This document shows, one piece after another, positions 52,635 to 64,000 of a DNA stretch of 64,000 bases. Position 1 is the stretch's first letter. Each line of letters begins with the position of its first letter. The DNA lies in NCBI RefSeq assembly GCF_009834535.1, contig NC_045696.1:30568001-30632000 (forward strand). The letters are read 5' to 3'. The notes under the pieces are model-generated. The model ran no database searches and was not told the origin of the DNA. It was given only the letters and a program-made list of their open reading frames with translations. The DNA comes from Camelus ferus (taxonomy: Eukaryota). A program made the translations under genes and the position numbers.

Positions 52635-52697
52635 TTTTATTAGTTCTAACAGTGTTTATCACATAGGAGGCACTTAATAAATATACATGTTGTTGAC
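52635..52697 (+). mobile_element. L2 3' end remnant
   Basis: tctaacagtgtttatcacataggaggcacttaataaata. Confidence 0.55.
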
Positions 52698-52807
52698 AGA
52701 ATAACACATTATTTTCTAGATTGTTTTTTTAAGATGAGTATGATTTTTAGAATATCGAAAAGTATGCCAATTCATCTGTTTTATTTATAAGTTACAGAAA
52801 TACAATT

Positions 52808-53053
52808 AACTTACAGCAAACTTACTGAGTAGTACATACTGATGCCAGGCAGTGTGCTGACAATTTTACGTGTATTTTATCAATTGATAGTAATAACAAT
52901 TCTTGAATGTAGTAGATGCCTTTAGTATTTGTGCCTTATATATGAGAAATGGATGCTTCAATCAGTGAAACAGATTGCACAAAATATAAAGATAACATGA
53001 GACAGACGTAAGGTTCTGACTCAAGAAACAGGTGCTCTTAACCATTATAGTAT
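52808..53053 (-). mobile_element. MIR, near full length
   Basis: ttactgagt...tgccaggcagtgtgct...tatatatgagaaa...tctgactcaag...tgctcttaaccattat. Confidence 0.8.
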
Positions 53054-53129
53054 TACAACTGTTTTTGAAAAAGTGTATTTTAAGAATTTTCCTCCTACTG
53101 GAGACAAAATGAGGGCATATGCCTGACAT

Positions 53130-53240
53130 TCACCATGAGGGATTTGACTTAGATAAAGTAAAACTTTCAAACAGAGTGTATTGCCAAGAGAATCCCTGCA
53201 GTCACCTTTTCTGAGTTGTCATCAGAAGAACTAGGTAGTA
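53130..53240 (+). mobile_element. CR1/L3 3' fragment
   Basis: gagggatttgacttagataaagtaaaactttcaaacag...tgccaagaga...gtcaccttttctg resembles the CR1/L3 3' end. Confidence 0.45.
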
Positions 53241-53442
53241 TACGGGAAGAAAGGATATCCTTTCAGAATTTTATATGTGCTTGCAAAATAGCCTTTAGGG
53301 GGAAAGATAGAATAACTCATTGAAATAGATAATAATTATGCAGGATTTTATTAGGAATGCATCTTTATAAATCTAGCTCAAATCCACCCCCCCCCTCCCT
53401 TTAGCTGTTCCTAGAACTGTTGCTTTGGTTTATACAGTTAGA

Positions 53443-53466
53443 TTTTTTTTTTTTTTTTTTTTTTTT
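53443..53466. repeat. T24 homopolymer
   Basis: Directly visible. Confidence 0.95.
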
Positions 53467-53874
53467 GCTTTCTGATTTCTGGAATACTTCAAAATAATGT
53501 ATTTTTTCACTCTTTTCAATTAGAAAATCTTAAATCTCTTTTTGTAAAAAATGTATTTTAGACTGAAGGTTAAATTGAATAAATTAAGCCATCTTGATCA
53601 GTTTTTCAAAGGCCATGATAAATTCTTAAGCAAATGGAGTAGCAAGTGTTATATTATGTGCAGCAAATAAACTGAGTTACCACAATTATGTTAGAACCAT
53701 AATAGAAAAGTAAGATGTTGATTTTGTTATACAACCTACCCTTATGCTAGGTAATGTCTCATTCTGTCTATAGCCATTCAAATTACAGAAAGATTTTTTG
53801 AGAAAAGATCTACTCCACTAATGCCCCAAAGGTGGACATAGGTATTCATTTTACATGGTATTAAAAATGTATGT

Positions 53875-54306
53875 AAAATAATTCCATTTGCAGCAGCATG
53901 GATGGACCTAGAGCTCGTCATTCTAAGTGAAGTAAGCCAGAAAGAGAAAGAAAAATACCATATGATATCACTCATATGTGGAATCTAAAAAAAAAAAAAG
54001 AAAAAAAGAGGACACTAATGAACTCATTAAAAACAGAAACAGACTCACAGTAAACAGTAATAGTAAACAATCTCATGGTTACCAGGAAAGGAGTAAATTT
54101 GAGACTTTGAGATTTGCAAATGTTAGCCACTATATATAAAAATAAATAAAAAACAAATTTCTTTTGTATAGCACAGGGAACTATATTCAATATCTTGTAA
54201 TGACCTTTGATGAAAAAGAATGTGAAAGTGATTATTTGTATGCATATGCATGACTGGGACATTGTACTATACACCAGAAATTGACACATTCAATTAAAAA
54301 AAAAAA
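53875..54306 (+). mobile_element. Young 5'-truncated LINE-1 (camelid-like 3' UTR) with A tail
   Basis: ccatttgcagcagcatggatggacctagag...tgtatagcacagggaactatattcaatatcttgt...ccagaaattgacacatt, then an A run; possible degenerate TSD aaaaatgtatgtaa / aaaaagatatataa. Confidence 0.93.
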
Positions 54307-54618
54307 GATATATAACCAGCCAGTCAGAGACTCAGCTGTCACTGAGACTATTTGGTTTGTTAGAAAGAAAGAGTATGGCTCCAGTTAACTTATGCAACAG
54401 GGAAATCTATGAAAGATGATGAGGTGGTGGTGGTGGTGTTGGTATGAGAGGGTCACAGGACCAACTAGAAGGGTAAAACCTGGATTTGGACATGACAGGG
54501 ACGAGGCTACAACATAGTCTGTATAAACTGAATTAGATGCCACCTTTAGAATGAGTGGACTCCAACCATTTTTCTTTTGTCCCCGCTTCACTGTGTTTAA
54601 GACTGAAGCAAAAGAGCA

Positions 54619-54621
<3 letters not shown>

Positions 54622-54683
<62 letters not shown>
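54622..54683. repeat. (AC)31 perfect microsatellite
   Basis: Directly visible; it explains the HTHT/VCVC ORFs. Confidence 0.98.
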
Positions 54684-54687
<4 letters not shown>

Positions 54688-55654
54688 AGGGAGGGAGGGA
54701 GAGAAAAAAGGAAGGAGAGAAAGAGAATGTGTAGAGAATTTAGCCTGGAAACTATTATTGTGAAAAATCATTCTGAGCAATATATATATATACACTTTCC
54801 TTTCAATATATTTTTTCTTCAAGAGCTCATAACTCTATAGTATTGAATATTTAGAGAAAATACATTTATTGAGATTTGACTCAAATATTTCTCAAATCTG
54901 ATTTATGAGGTAGATTCTCTTAATTATTGCTCACTAAACTTCTTTTCCCACCAATCCCACAAGAACTACCATTCCAACATAACATCTACCCTAGATTCTA
55001 GCTCCAATGCATAATGATACCGTGTATCATAATCACTCTCCTCCTCACTCCTTAAAATCAAACTCTTTGCTCAGAAAAGTTTGGCCCATCAACCATGTAA
55101 GCTCAAGGTATCAGTTCTATCTAATGGCTAGAGTAAATGCATTAGAATACCTTGGGCGGTTTTCCTGTGGGGCTATTAAGGAAAGCCTGCATACGCATTT
55201 TCCTTTTTCAAGCTGGCAAATAATAGATCTTGTGTAGAGAGCAGCTTTTTATGGCTAAAATATTCAAACTGAAGAGGTGTCTATCTACAAGAGGGAAATT
55301 TTCGAAGAGAACTGGCTCATTGGTATTCTAATTACAGGCCAGTTAAATGACCCATCTCTAATAATTACCACTGGAACTTGGACTAATGTAGATCAGAACC
55401 AGGGAAGCTGCCTTTGATGAAGCCTACATTTCAGTGTGCTAAATTTTCAAGTGTGCTCAAGGTAAAAAATATAACTTGTTAGAAAACATGACTTTTGAAA
55501 AAGTTTTATGAGTGCTTTTGTGAACTTTGTCTCTCTTTAAAGTTATTGTTAGCCCAAACATGCTAAGTGAATTCAACTAGGTTCATGATGAATTTGGTAG
55601 TTCATAATGGGTGACATTATAATATTGAATATACTCAATAATATCCATAAAGTC

Positions 55655-56580
55655 TTTTTATTGAAGTATAGTTGATGTACAATATTACATGTTACAGGTG
55701 TAAAATACAGTGATTCACAATTTTTAAAGGTTATACTCTGTGTATACTTATTATAAAATATTGGTTATATTTTCTGTGTTGTATAATATATCCTTGTAGC
55801 TTATTTTATACATAATAGTTTATACCTCGTAATCCTCTACCCTTACCCTTGTGCTCCTCCCCCTTCCCTCTCTCCACTGGTAACCACTAACTAGTTTGTT
55901 CTTTCTATCTGTGAGTCTGCCTCTTTTTTGTAATATTCATTAGTTTTTTTGTATATTTTTTAGATTCCACATATAAGTAATATCATATGGTATTTGTTTT
56001 TCTGTCTGATTTATTCTATTTAGCATAATACTCTCAAAGTCCATCCATCCATGTTGCTGCAAATGGTCAAATTTCATACTTCTTATGGCTGAGTAATATT
56101 TCATTATATATATATATATATATGATATATATAAAATAAAATATTTATATATTACATATATACATATGACATATATATTCCATATCTTCTTTATCCATTC
56201 GTCTGTGGATGGACAGTTAGGTTGCTTCCATATCTTGGCAATTGTAAATAATGCTGCTATGAACATTGGGATGCTGGTATCTTTTCAAATTAGTGGGTTT
56301 TTTTCCAGATACATATACACAGGAGTGGAATTCCTGGGTCATATGGTGACTCTATTTTTAGTTTTTTTGAGGAAACTCCACAGTTTCCTATAGTAGTCAT
56401 ACCAAGTTACATTCCCACCAGCAGTGTACAAGTGTCCCTTTTCTCTTCATCCTCACCAGCATTTGTCATTTTGTTCTTTTGGATGATAGCCATTCTGATA
56501 GGTGTGAGGCAGGATCTCACTGTGGTTTTGATTTGCATTTCCCTGATGATTAGTGATGTTGCACATCTTTTCATGTGCCA
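55655..56580 (-). mobile_element. 5'-truncated LINE-1 (cetartiodactyl-type 3' UTR) with probable TSD
   Basis: Peptide MFIAALFTIAKIWKQPNCPSTDEWIKK; flanks cataaagtcttt (55646-55657) and catacagacttt (56585-56596) match 10/12; internal (TA)n expansion at about 56106-56180. Confidence 0.95.
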
Positions 56581-57559
56581 GCTACATACAGACTTTATTA
56601 AGTAAGGTATGCGGATGAATCATCCTTTTTCCAATTCTAAACTTAGGCTTTGAGATACTTTAAGGTCAAATTATGAACCATGTGATTTTCTTTCTATACA
56701 GTGTCAATATTGCCAGACAGAAAAATTGTGAATTTTTTACATCATTGTATAAAATATGGTCTCCATTCAAGTAAAACAAATCTAGTTTGCTAGGAAAGCA
56801 GCAAATTGAAACTGATTCTTGTCAATCATTGGTTGAGAGTGCAGCTGCCATAAGACAAAGGTTTGACAGAGCTTAGGTAAATGTATTATAGTGAGGGGAT
56901 GGAGGCAAAATTCATTTAGATCATTGCAATAACACACTCTCTTGACCTTTAGTGTTCTGAATGCTGTTACTTAATTTTTGTTATTATTTCTGTCAAATTA
57001 TCAATGTTCAATTTCACTTTTCTCCCAATTATGATTGAATTTCATGGGTTAAATTGTAGTGTTTTTTGTGTTTGTTTGTTTTTACCAATATTCTATAATG
57101 CTTACATTTTGTAATTTTTGTCATATTTATTCCTGATCCACAAACTCCAGGTAGTCTCAACAATTTGAAGTTTTCTGTTCCCAGGTCATCAAACATTATG
57201 GATAATTTGTACATAGCAATGTCAAATAGCTCCACTCTATAAATGTACTCTTTAAACCCTAAACATTAGAAATTTACCACCAAATCATATTTCTCACAAA
57301 TTATATGAAATATTCTTTTCCTTCAGTCTCTGATTTTATGCTCATATACCTCCTCCCCTCCTATTAGTCTATATTAACTGTTTGTTTTTTTTTTTTGGTA
57401 AAGACATCACTTCCAATTATTTATACCATGCATTGGCATTAACTTTCACCCACTCAGAACATTGTGAACTTGTTTTCTCTTTTTCCTGCACTTTCACTTT
57501 CCTCAGTCTCTAATAATGTGATAGATTGCAGACCATCTTTGTGTTTTTGCCAGGCCAAG

Positions 57560-58300
57560 TGTGATACAATTGGTGAGGTCATAAATTTTGAGGGCATGTC
57601 CATCAGATGACAGCAATCTAACCTGGCTAAGAAGAAAGCAAGATTATTAAAGAAATGAGGAAAAAGTGTAAGAGTGTTATGGTCAATAAATTAGAAGTCA
57701 AAAATTGTTAGGTTGACAACATTAAAGAAAAAGAGAAAGTAAAGATAAATGGATATCAAAAAGTGAAATTATAATTGACATTATAGATGATGTTTAATGC
57801 TTAATGGCAAAGTCAGGATGCTGAAGAAGGATAAGGTGCATGATTGAAGAAGGGTGAAGAGTAGAGCATTGTAGATGATAGCATTAAAGAAATGAAAAGC
57901 CATTGCACTTAAGGGACTGAATAGGGGTATATTAAAGTCACCAAGATGTAGATCAGGATAATGTTGGAGACAAGAATGACTCTTCAAGGAATGGCAGAGA
58001 GTTCTATAGATGACAACAATTGGAAAGAGTAAGAGAAAGTATACTCTAATGTTACAAACTTCATAGAAAGAGTGGTATTTTGATGGGAAGAATGAATATC
58101 AATCTGGAAGCAGCAATAAGAAATAAGTACATCTTCCTCACCTAGACACCAAAGGTAGACAAATAAAATCAAGAAAACAGTCACAATTGAAATAGGTACA
58201 GAAGAAGCAGAGTCCTCGGGGAAAGTTAGGTTTCAGATAAAGGTTACAGGGAATTTTGCAGGTAACAGATTGTGAGTTCCTGATCAGACCATATAAGAAC
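57560..58300 (-). mobile_element. L2 ORF2 fragment including an endonuclease motif
   Basis: ORF 57781-57987 contains LGDFNI (APE-type endonuclease motif) in a purine-rich L2-like reverse-strand context. Confidence 0.65.
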
Positions 58301-58599
58301 TTTTAAAAATAATAACGGTAAAAATGACAAAAAGTATAAAGGACGTCTCCAAAGATGGAGAAAAATATGAGATTGGGTCATGGATATACTCAGGCATAAG
58401 AAGCCAATGAAACTGCAGCTAAATCCCACTGGTATCACTACTGGTTATAATTAGACAGACAAGGTCTCATGTGATTTGATTATCATTTTACTTCAGTTAG
58501 TGCAATCAATTTTATGACTAGAGACGGCAATACTAGATTCTTTAAAAAGATATCTGTGACTTTTATTCCATTCCAACATGTATAGATTAGAACTTATTA

Positions 58600-59433
58600 C
58601 TACATCTTAAAATAAGAACATTCTGAACAAACTGAAAATCAATGACTTTTCCTGGGCTCCTCAGAGAAATTATATCTTAAGGCAAGCCAACATCCTGAGG
58701 GAAGCATTTAGCATTGAAAAAATAAAATTGACCAAGTTAGAATTCTATATTCAGCAATATGATTCTTCAAAAGTGAAGGGAAATTAAGTTATTATCAAAC
58801 ACTGAGGGAATTCATTGCTGGTGATTCTTTTCTACACGAAATTCAGGTAGAAGATAAACCATACAGTGATATATGTCAGAAACTTATATTTACATAAAGA
58901 AAGAAAGCACATTAGTAGTAAAATATATTTTATTTTTATTTGCAATTGAAGTCAAAGAAAAATATTTTTCAAGTAGTAATATTAACATTATATTGGGTAA
59001 GTGAAATGAATGGTAGAAATGTCAAAAGGGATGGGAAGAAGAAATTTGGAAGACTTGTGAGGTCCTGCACTACATATAAAGTAAAATAGTGTTATATGAA
59101 AGAAGATTTACATTAGTTAAAAATATATATTGAAAATATTAGAGAAAACAGCACAAAAGAATTTTAAAAAGTATAATTCATGCACTAAGTAGATAAAATG
59201 AGATCACATGAAGTATTCATTTAGAGTAATTTAAGGCAGAAGAAGAGAACAAAAAGGAAAATAATTTCACAAATAGAAAATAGTTACAACCATGGTAGAC
59301 ATTAATCCAACTATATTAATAATCACTTTAAATGTGACCCACCTGCACATATCAAACTGAAAAAAAAAAAAAGTGATTGTCACCATGGATAAAAGAGCAA
59401 GCCCAACTGTATGTTGTCTACAAGATACCCACT
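58600..59433 (+). mobile_element. L1MC/MD-like: 5' piece, ORF1 end, inter-ORF region and ORF2 start
   Basis: tagaattctatattcagc...cttcaaaagtgaaggg...ctgagggaattcattgc...ataatcactttaaatgtga...aactgtatgttgtctacaaga. Confidence 0.82.
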
Positions 59434-59466
59434 GTATTTTGTTTTTAACTTTTTAAAGTATAAAAG

Positions 59467-59490
59467 TATATATATATACGTATGTATGTA

Positions 59491-59533
<43 letters not shown>
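59467..59533. repeat. Compound (TA)n(TATG)n(TG)n(TA)n microsatellite
   Basis: Directly visible, at the 3' truncation point of the adjacent L1. Confidence 0.95.
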
Positions 59534-62500
59534 GCCACTTGTTTTTTATCCATTCATCTGTTATTGGACATTTAGATTGCTTCCATATCTTAGCTATTGA
59601 TAATGCTGCTATGAACACTGAAGTATATATCTCTTTTCAAATTAGTGTTTTCATTTTCTTCAGTTACATTCCCAGGAGTGGAATTTCTGAATCATACAGT
59701 AACTCTAGTTTTAATTTTTGTGAAGTTCCATACTGATTTCCATGGTGGCTGCACCAATTTACTTTCCCACCAATAGTGTACTAAGGTTCCCTTTTCTCCA
59801 CATCCTCCTGAATATTTGTTATCTGTGGTCTTTTTGGCAATAACCATTTTGATAGATATGAAGTGATACTTCATTATGATTTTGTTCGCCTTTCCCTAGT
59901 GATTAGTGATGTTGAGCATGTTTTCTTGTGTCCATTGGCCATCTGTAAGTCTCTGTGAGAAAATGTCTATTCAGGTCTTCTGCCCATTTTTTAATTGGAT
60001 GGTTTGTTTGTTTTATAATGAGTTGTTTATTTTTGGATATTAACCCCTTATTGGATATATCACTTGCAAATATTTTCTCCCATTCAGTAAATTTTATTTT
60101 CATTTTGCCAGTGATTTCCTTTGCTGTGCCAAAGTTTTTAATTTAAATCAGTTCCACAAAAAAAATGCTGTGACTTATGTCAAAGAGTACTCTACCTATA
60201 TTTTCTTCTAGGAGTTTTATGGTTTTATGTCTAACATTTAGGTCTTTAATCCATTTTGAGTTTATTTTTGTATACACTATGAGAAAATGTTCTAATTTCA
60301 TTATTTTATATGTAGCTTTCCAGTTTTCCCAGCACCAGTTACTGAAGAGACTGTCTTTTCCCCATTGCATGTTTTTACCTCCTTTGGCATAGATTAATTG
60401 ACCATATGTGTGTAGGTTTATTTCTCAGCTTTCTCTTCTGTTCCATTGATCTGTGTTTCTGTTTCTGTGCCAGTACCATACTGTTATGATGACTATAGCT
60501 TTTGTTGATTTTCTGTCTTGACAACCTGTCCATTGTGTAAGGGGGTTCTTAATGTTAGTAATAGCATTTAGATGCTCCTATTTTAGGTTTATGTATGTTA
60601 ACAAATATTATAGCCTCTTTTTGTGTTAATAACTTTATCATTATATAATGCCCTTCTTTGTCTTTTATTATAAACTTTGTTTTAATGTCTATGTGAGTAT
60701 TGCTACCCCAGTTTTCTTTCCTTTTTCATTTCAAGGAATATATTTTTTTGATCCTCTAACTTTTGGTCTGTGTGTGTCTTTAGCTCTGAAGTGAGACTCT
60801 TATAAGCAGCATATAGATGGATCTTTTTTTAATCCAATCAGCCATCCTATGTCTTTTGTTTGGAAAGTCCATTGACATTTAAAATCAATGGACATTTGGA
60901 AATTTCATTGATTGTTGGTAGCTATATACTTACTGAAATTTTAAAAGTTATTTTTCTGGTTGTTTTTATAGTTCTCTGTTATTTAATTTTAGTTTCTTCC
61001 CTTGAGGTTTGGAGGCAGGGCTGGGATCTGTGCTGATGATTTTTTTTTAATGTTATGTTCATGTTCCTTTTTCTATAGTTTTTGTGTATCAGTTATAGGT
61101 TCTTAATTTATGTTTACCCTAACGTACATATATGTCAACCTATAATCTTATTTGTTTTAAACTGATACTCATTTAAGTTCAAACACATTCTAAATGATCT
61201 ACATTTTTTACTTCTTTCCCATTTTGAAATATTTTGTTTCCCCACATGTTTGAAATATTTAACATCTTCATGTTTATCCCTTAACAGTTTATTGTATTTA
61301 TAGTTGATTTTTACATGTTTTGTCTTTTAATCTTCACACTAGCTTATTTAAGTGGTTGATCCTTTAATATGTATTTGCCTTTGCTAGTAGGATTTTTTCC
61401 TTTCCTGTAAGTTCTAACTTTTGTTGTAGCCTTTTCTTTTCCACTTAATGAAGACCCTTTAACACTGCTTCTTAGATCAATTTGGTATTGATAAAGATCT
61501 TTTATTTTTTTTCTTATCAGAGAAGTTCTTTATTTCTCCTTCAATTCTGAATAATAAATTTGCTGAGTAGAGCATGCTAGGCTGTAGGTTTTTCCCTTTT
61601 GACACTTTAAATGTATCATGCCACTCTCTTCTGGTACATTTTCTGCAGAAAAATGAGTTGATAGCCTTCTGAGGGTTTCCTTTATATGTGACTTTTTCTC
61701 TTGCTGCTATTAAAATTCTCGCTTTATTTTTAACTTTCACCATCTTAATTGTGATACATCTTCATGTGTCTGTCTTTAGGTTCATTTTGTTTGGGACTCT
61801 CCATCTTTCCTGTACCTGGAAAGATGTTTCTTTCTTCAGCTTTAGGAAGATTTTGGCCATAATTTTATCAAATACATTTGCAATCCCTTTTTCCTTCTCT
61901 TCTTCTGGGACCCAATAATGCCAATATTAGTACATTTAATGTTGTCTCAGAGTACCCTTAAACTATATTTTTTAAATTTGTTTGTATTTTTGCTATTCTG
62001 ATTGGATGGTTTTCATTATTCTGTTTTCCAGATCAGTTATTCATTCCTCTAAGTCACTTATTCTGCTGTTAATACCTTCCAGTTTATTTTTTATCTCAGT
62101 TATTATATTTTCAGCTCTGCCTTAATTTTTAGTTCCTCTTATTTCTTGTTAAAATTCTCACTGTGTTCATCTATTCTTTTCCCAAGTTTAGTTAGCATTC
62201 TTATTACCATTGCATTGAACTCTTTATCTGATAAGTCATTTATATCTATTTTATTAGGGTTTGGGGTTTTTTTTTTGTTGTTGTTCTTTCATTTGAAACA
62301 TATTCCTCTGTCTTCTATTTTTGTTTAACTTTGTCTTTCTGAAATGAGGTGAAACAGTTACTATTCCTAGTCATGAAGGGATATCCTTGTATGCGAGTGT
62401 TCCAGTGCAGTATGTATATTCCCAGTGGTTTTGGTGGGACAGCTGAAACAGAAGTGAGCATGGGTCACATCTTCCCCTGGGGTGTGCTGCAGATACCATC

Positions 62501-63490
62501 CTTTGAGGGAGGTAGGAGACAAAGATTCTAGAGCCAGAGCCAGGTGTGATCTGGGGCTTCTCCTGTGCTCATTATCAGTCACCACCATAGTGAGTGTGAG
62601 GTCAGAACTCAAGGTGTTGGAGCAGAAGCTCTGAGGTTTTTGAGTGAGCTAGTTTTGCTCCCTCTAAGTGTACACACTCTCCTTGGCAACAGCACCCTCC
62701 ACCTTAATGGAAAACAGAGTTGCAGCAAAAAAGGCTGGAGCAGGGCTCAGTGTGGGATAGGGTATGTGCTGGAAGGCCACCAATTCGGTCAGAGCTGCAG
62801 GCTGGTTTCAAATTGCTGCCCCTGCACACACTGGTAATGCCTACCTTTGTCTTGTTCAGAGGCAGGGTTGCATCCAATTGAGTTCACTTCCCTTTCATTG
62901 TGCACACTCTCCTTGGCAATGACATCACTGCCCTAGTGGAGAGCAGCACCAGAGCAAAGCGGCTGGATAGGCACCTGGTGCAGGCTGGGGTTCTTGCTGG
63001 GATTTTCAGGGGAAACTGATTAGACTCCCCTGCAGTTTTCAATATACTTTCTCCATGCTGTTCCTGGAAGCAAGTAAGTGTGTGCAAGCACTCTTCACAA
63101 GTGGACTCTCTGTTTCTTATGGCCTTTTGGGAAGTCACACATGTTTTCAAACCACCTAAGGGAGCTCAACTTCCTAATGTCATACCCCAGGCTGGTGTAC
63201 CCAGTATGTGGCTCAACCTGTCACTCTCCAGGGAGGTATCCTTGAGTCCATGGCACCCCCTCCTCATCTGTGTCCCCAGCTAGGCTACAGGTCCTGACCC
63301 TATTGCTTTTACTCCCTTCTTCCCTGACTCATGTGAATCTTTCTTTACAGTCTTGATTGTAGAAGAGACTTTCTGCCAGTCTCTAAGTTGTTTTCAGTGA
63401 GAGTTGTTTTGCATGTGGATGTATTTTTAATATATTTCTTGGGAATAGTGAGGTCAGTGACCTTCTACTCTGCCATTCTAATTTCCCCTC
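59534..63490 (-). mobile_element. LINE-1 with 5' UTR, ORF1, EN start and ORF2 C-terminus; central ORF2 deleted at about 60503; 3' UTR missing
   Basis: Peptides [34 protein letters not shown] and ORF1 ARILIAAREK...NLQPSMLYSANLLFRIEGEIKNFSDK; GC-richer 5' UTR at about 62350-63490 ending in the reverse of atggcagagtag. Confidence 0.95.
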
Positions 63491-63496
63491 TACAAC

Positions 63497-64000
63497 TGTC
63501 CATAAAAAAATGCACACAGATTCACAGCAGGTTATTCATAATTGCCCAAAAATGGAAAAAAGTAACATTTTCTTCAACAAATGAATGGATAAGCTATGAA
63601 ACAGAGAATGAAAAATTAATGAATGACAAAAATAAATGAGTTATCAAGCCACGAAAATGTACAGATGAATCTAAAATGCATATTGCTAAGTAAGTGAATC
63701 AATTCTGAAAAATCTACATACTGTGTGAGTCCTATTATATAAAATTCTGAAAAAGGCATAGTGATAGAATGTTAGGGTCAGTGGTTGTTGCGCGCGCGTG
63801 TGTGTGTTTGTGTGCATGCACATAGTGGGCGCTGGTTGTGTAGAGAGGAGAATGGAATAGGTGAAGTACAGAGGATTTTATTAGTGCAGTAGGATTGTAC
63901 TTTTTAATAGTGTAATAGTGATTGCAAGACATGGAGCTGTCAAAATCCATAGAACTTTATAGCACAAATAGTAATCATTCATAAATGCAAATTTGAGAAA
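63497..64000 (+). mobile_element. L1MC-type 3' end, probably the same element as 58600-59433
   Basis: ttattcataattgcccaaaaatggaa...aatgagttatcaagccacgaaa...aaatgcatattgctaagt...tgtcaaaatccatagaac. Confidence 0.85.

Noticed and set aside
54385..54822. 145 aa and 70 aa ORFs with VC/HT repeats and poly-His
   Set aside because: Translations of the (AC)31 microsatellite and a short (GGT)n run.
1..64000. A novel multi-gene system (for example RT-associated, retron, CRISPR or defence locus)
   Set aside because: All RT and endonuclease similarity is decayed LINE-1/L2; there are no intact ORFs, operon structure or repeat-spacer array.

Overview
AT-rich, CpG-depleted mammalian (eutherian) genomic DNA, apparently intergenic or deep intronic. 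I found no intact protein-coding gene, CpG island, intact RNA gene or CRISPR array. The supplied ORFs are decayed LINE-1/L2 fragments or chance and low-complexity frames. Much of the window is recognisable transposon fossil: LINE-1 of several ages, L2, MIR, CR1, MaLR/ERVL LTRs and Tigger-type DNA transposons, plus microsatellites. The youngest L1 3' ends (48.8 kb, 53.9-54.3 kb) resemble camelid L1 as I recall it, suggesting camel/alpaca/llama (inference). Repeat family names come from remembered consensus sequences, not a database search, and boundaries are approximate unless a TSD or TIR is cited. I do not see evidence for a new biological system. Best observations: (1) a tailless 5'-half tRNA-Gly(TCC) retrocopy inside an L1 ORF1 at 25098-25134; (2) a 1.8 kb internal L1 ORF2 segment inserted without poly(A) or TSD into an older L1ME, starting almost exactly where an L1 about 42 kb away has an internal deletion; (3) templated-insertion scars at L1 junctions and several hairpins.
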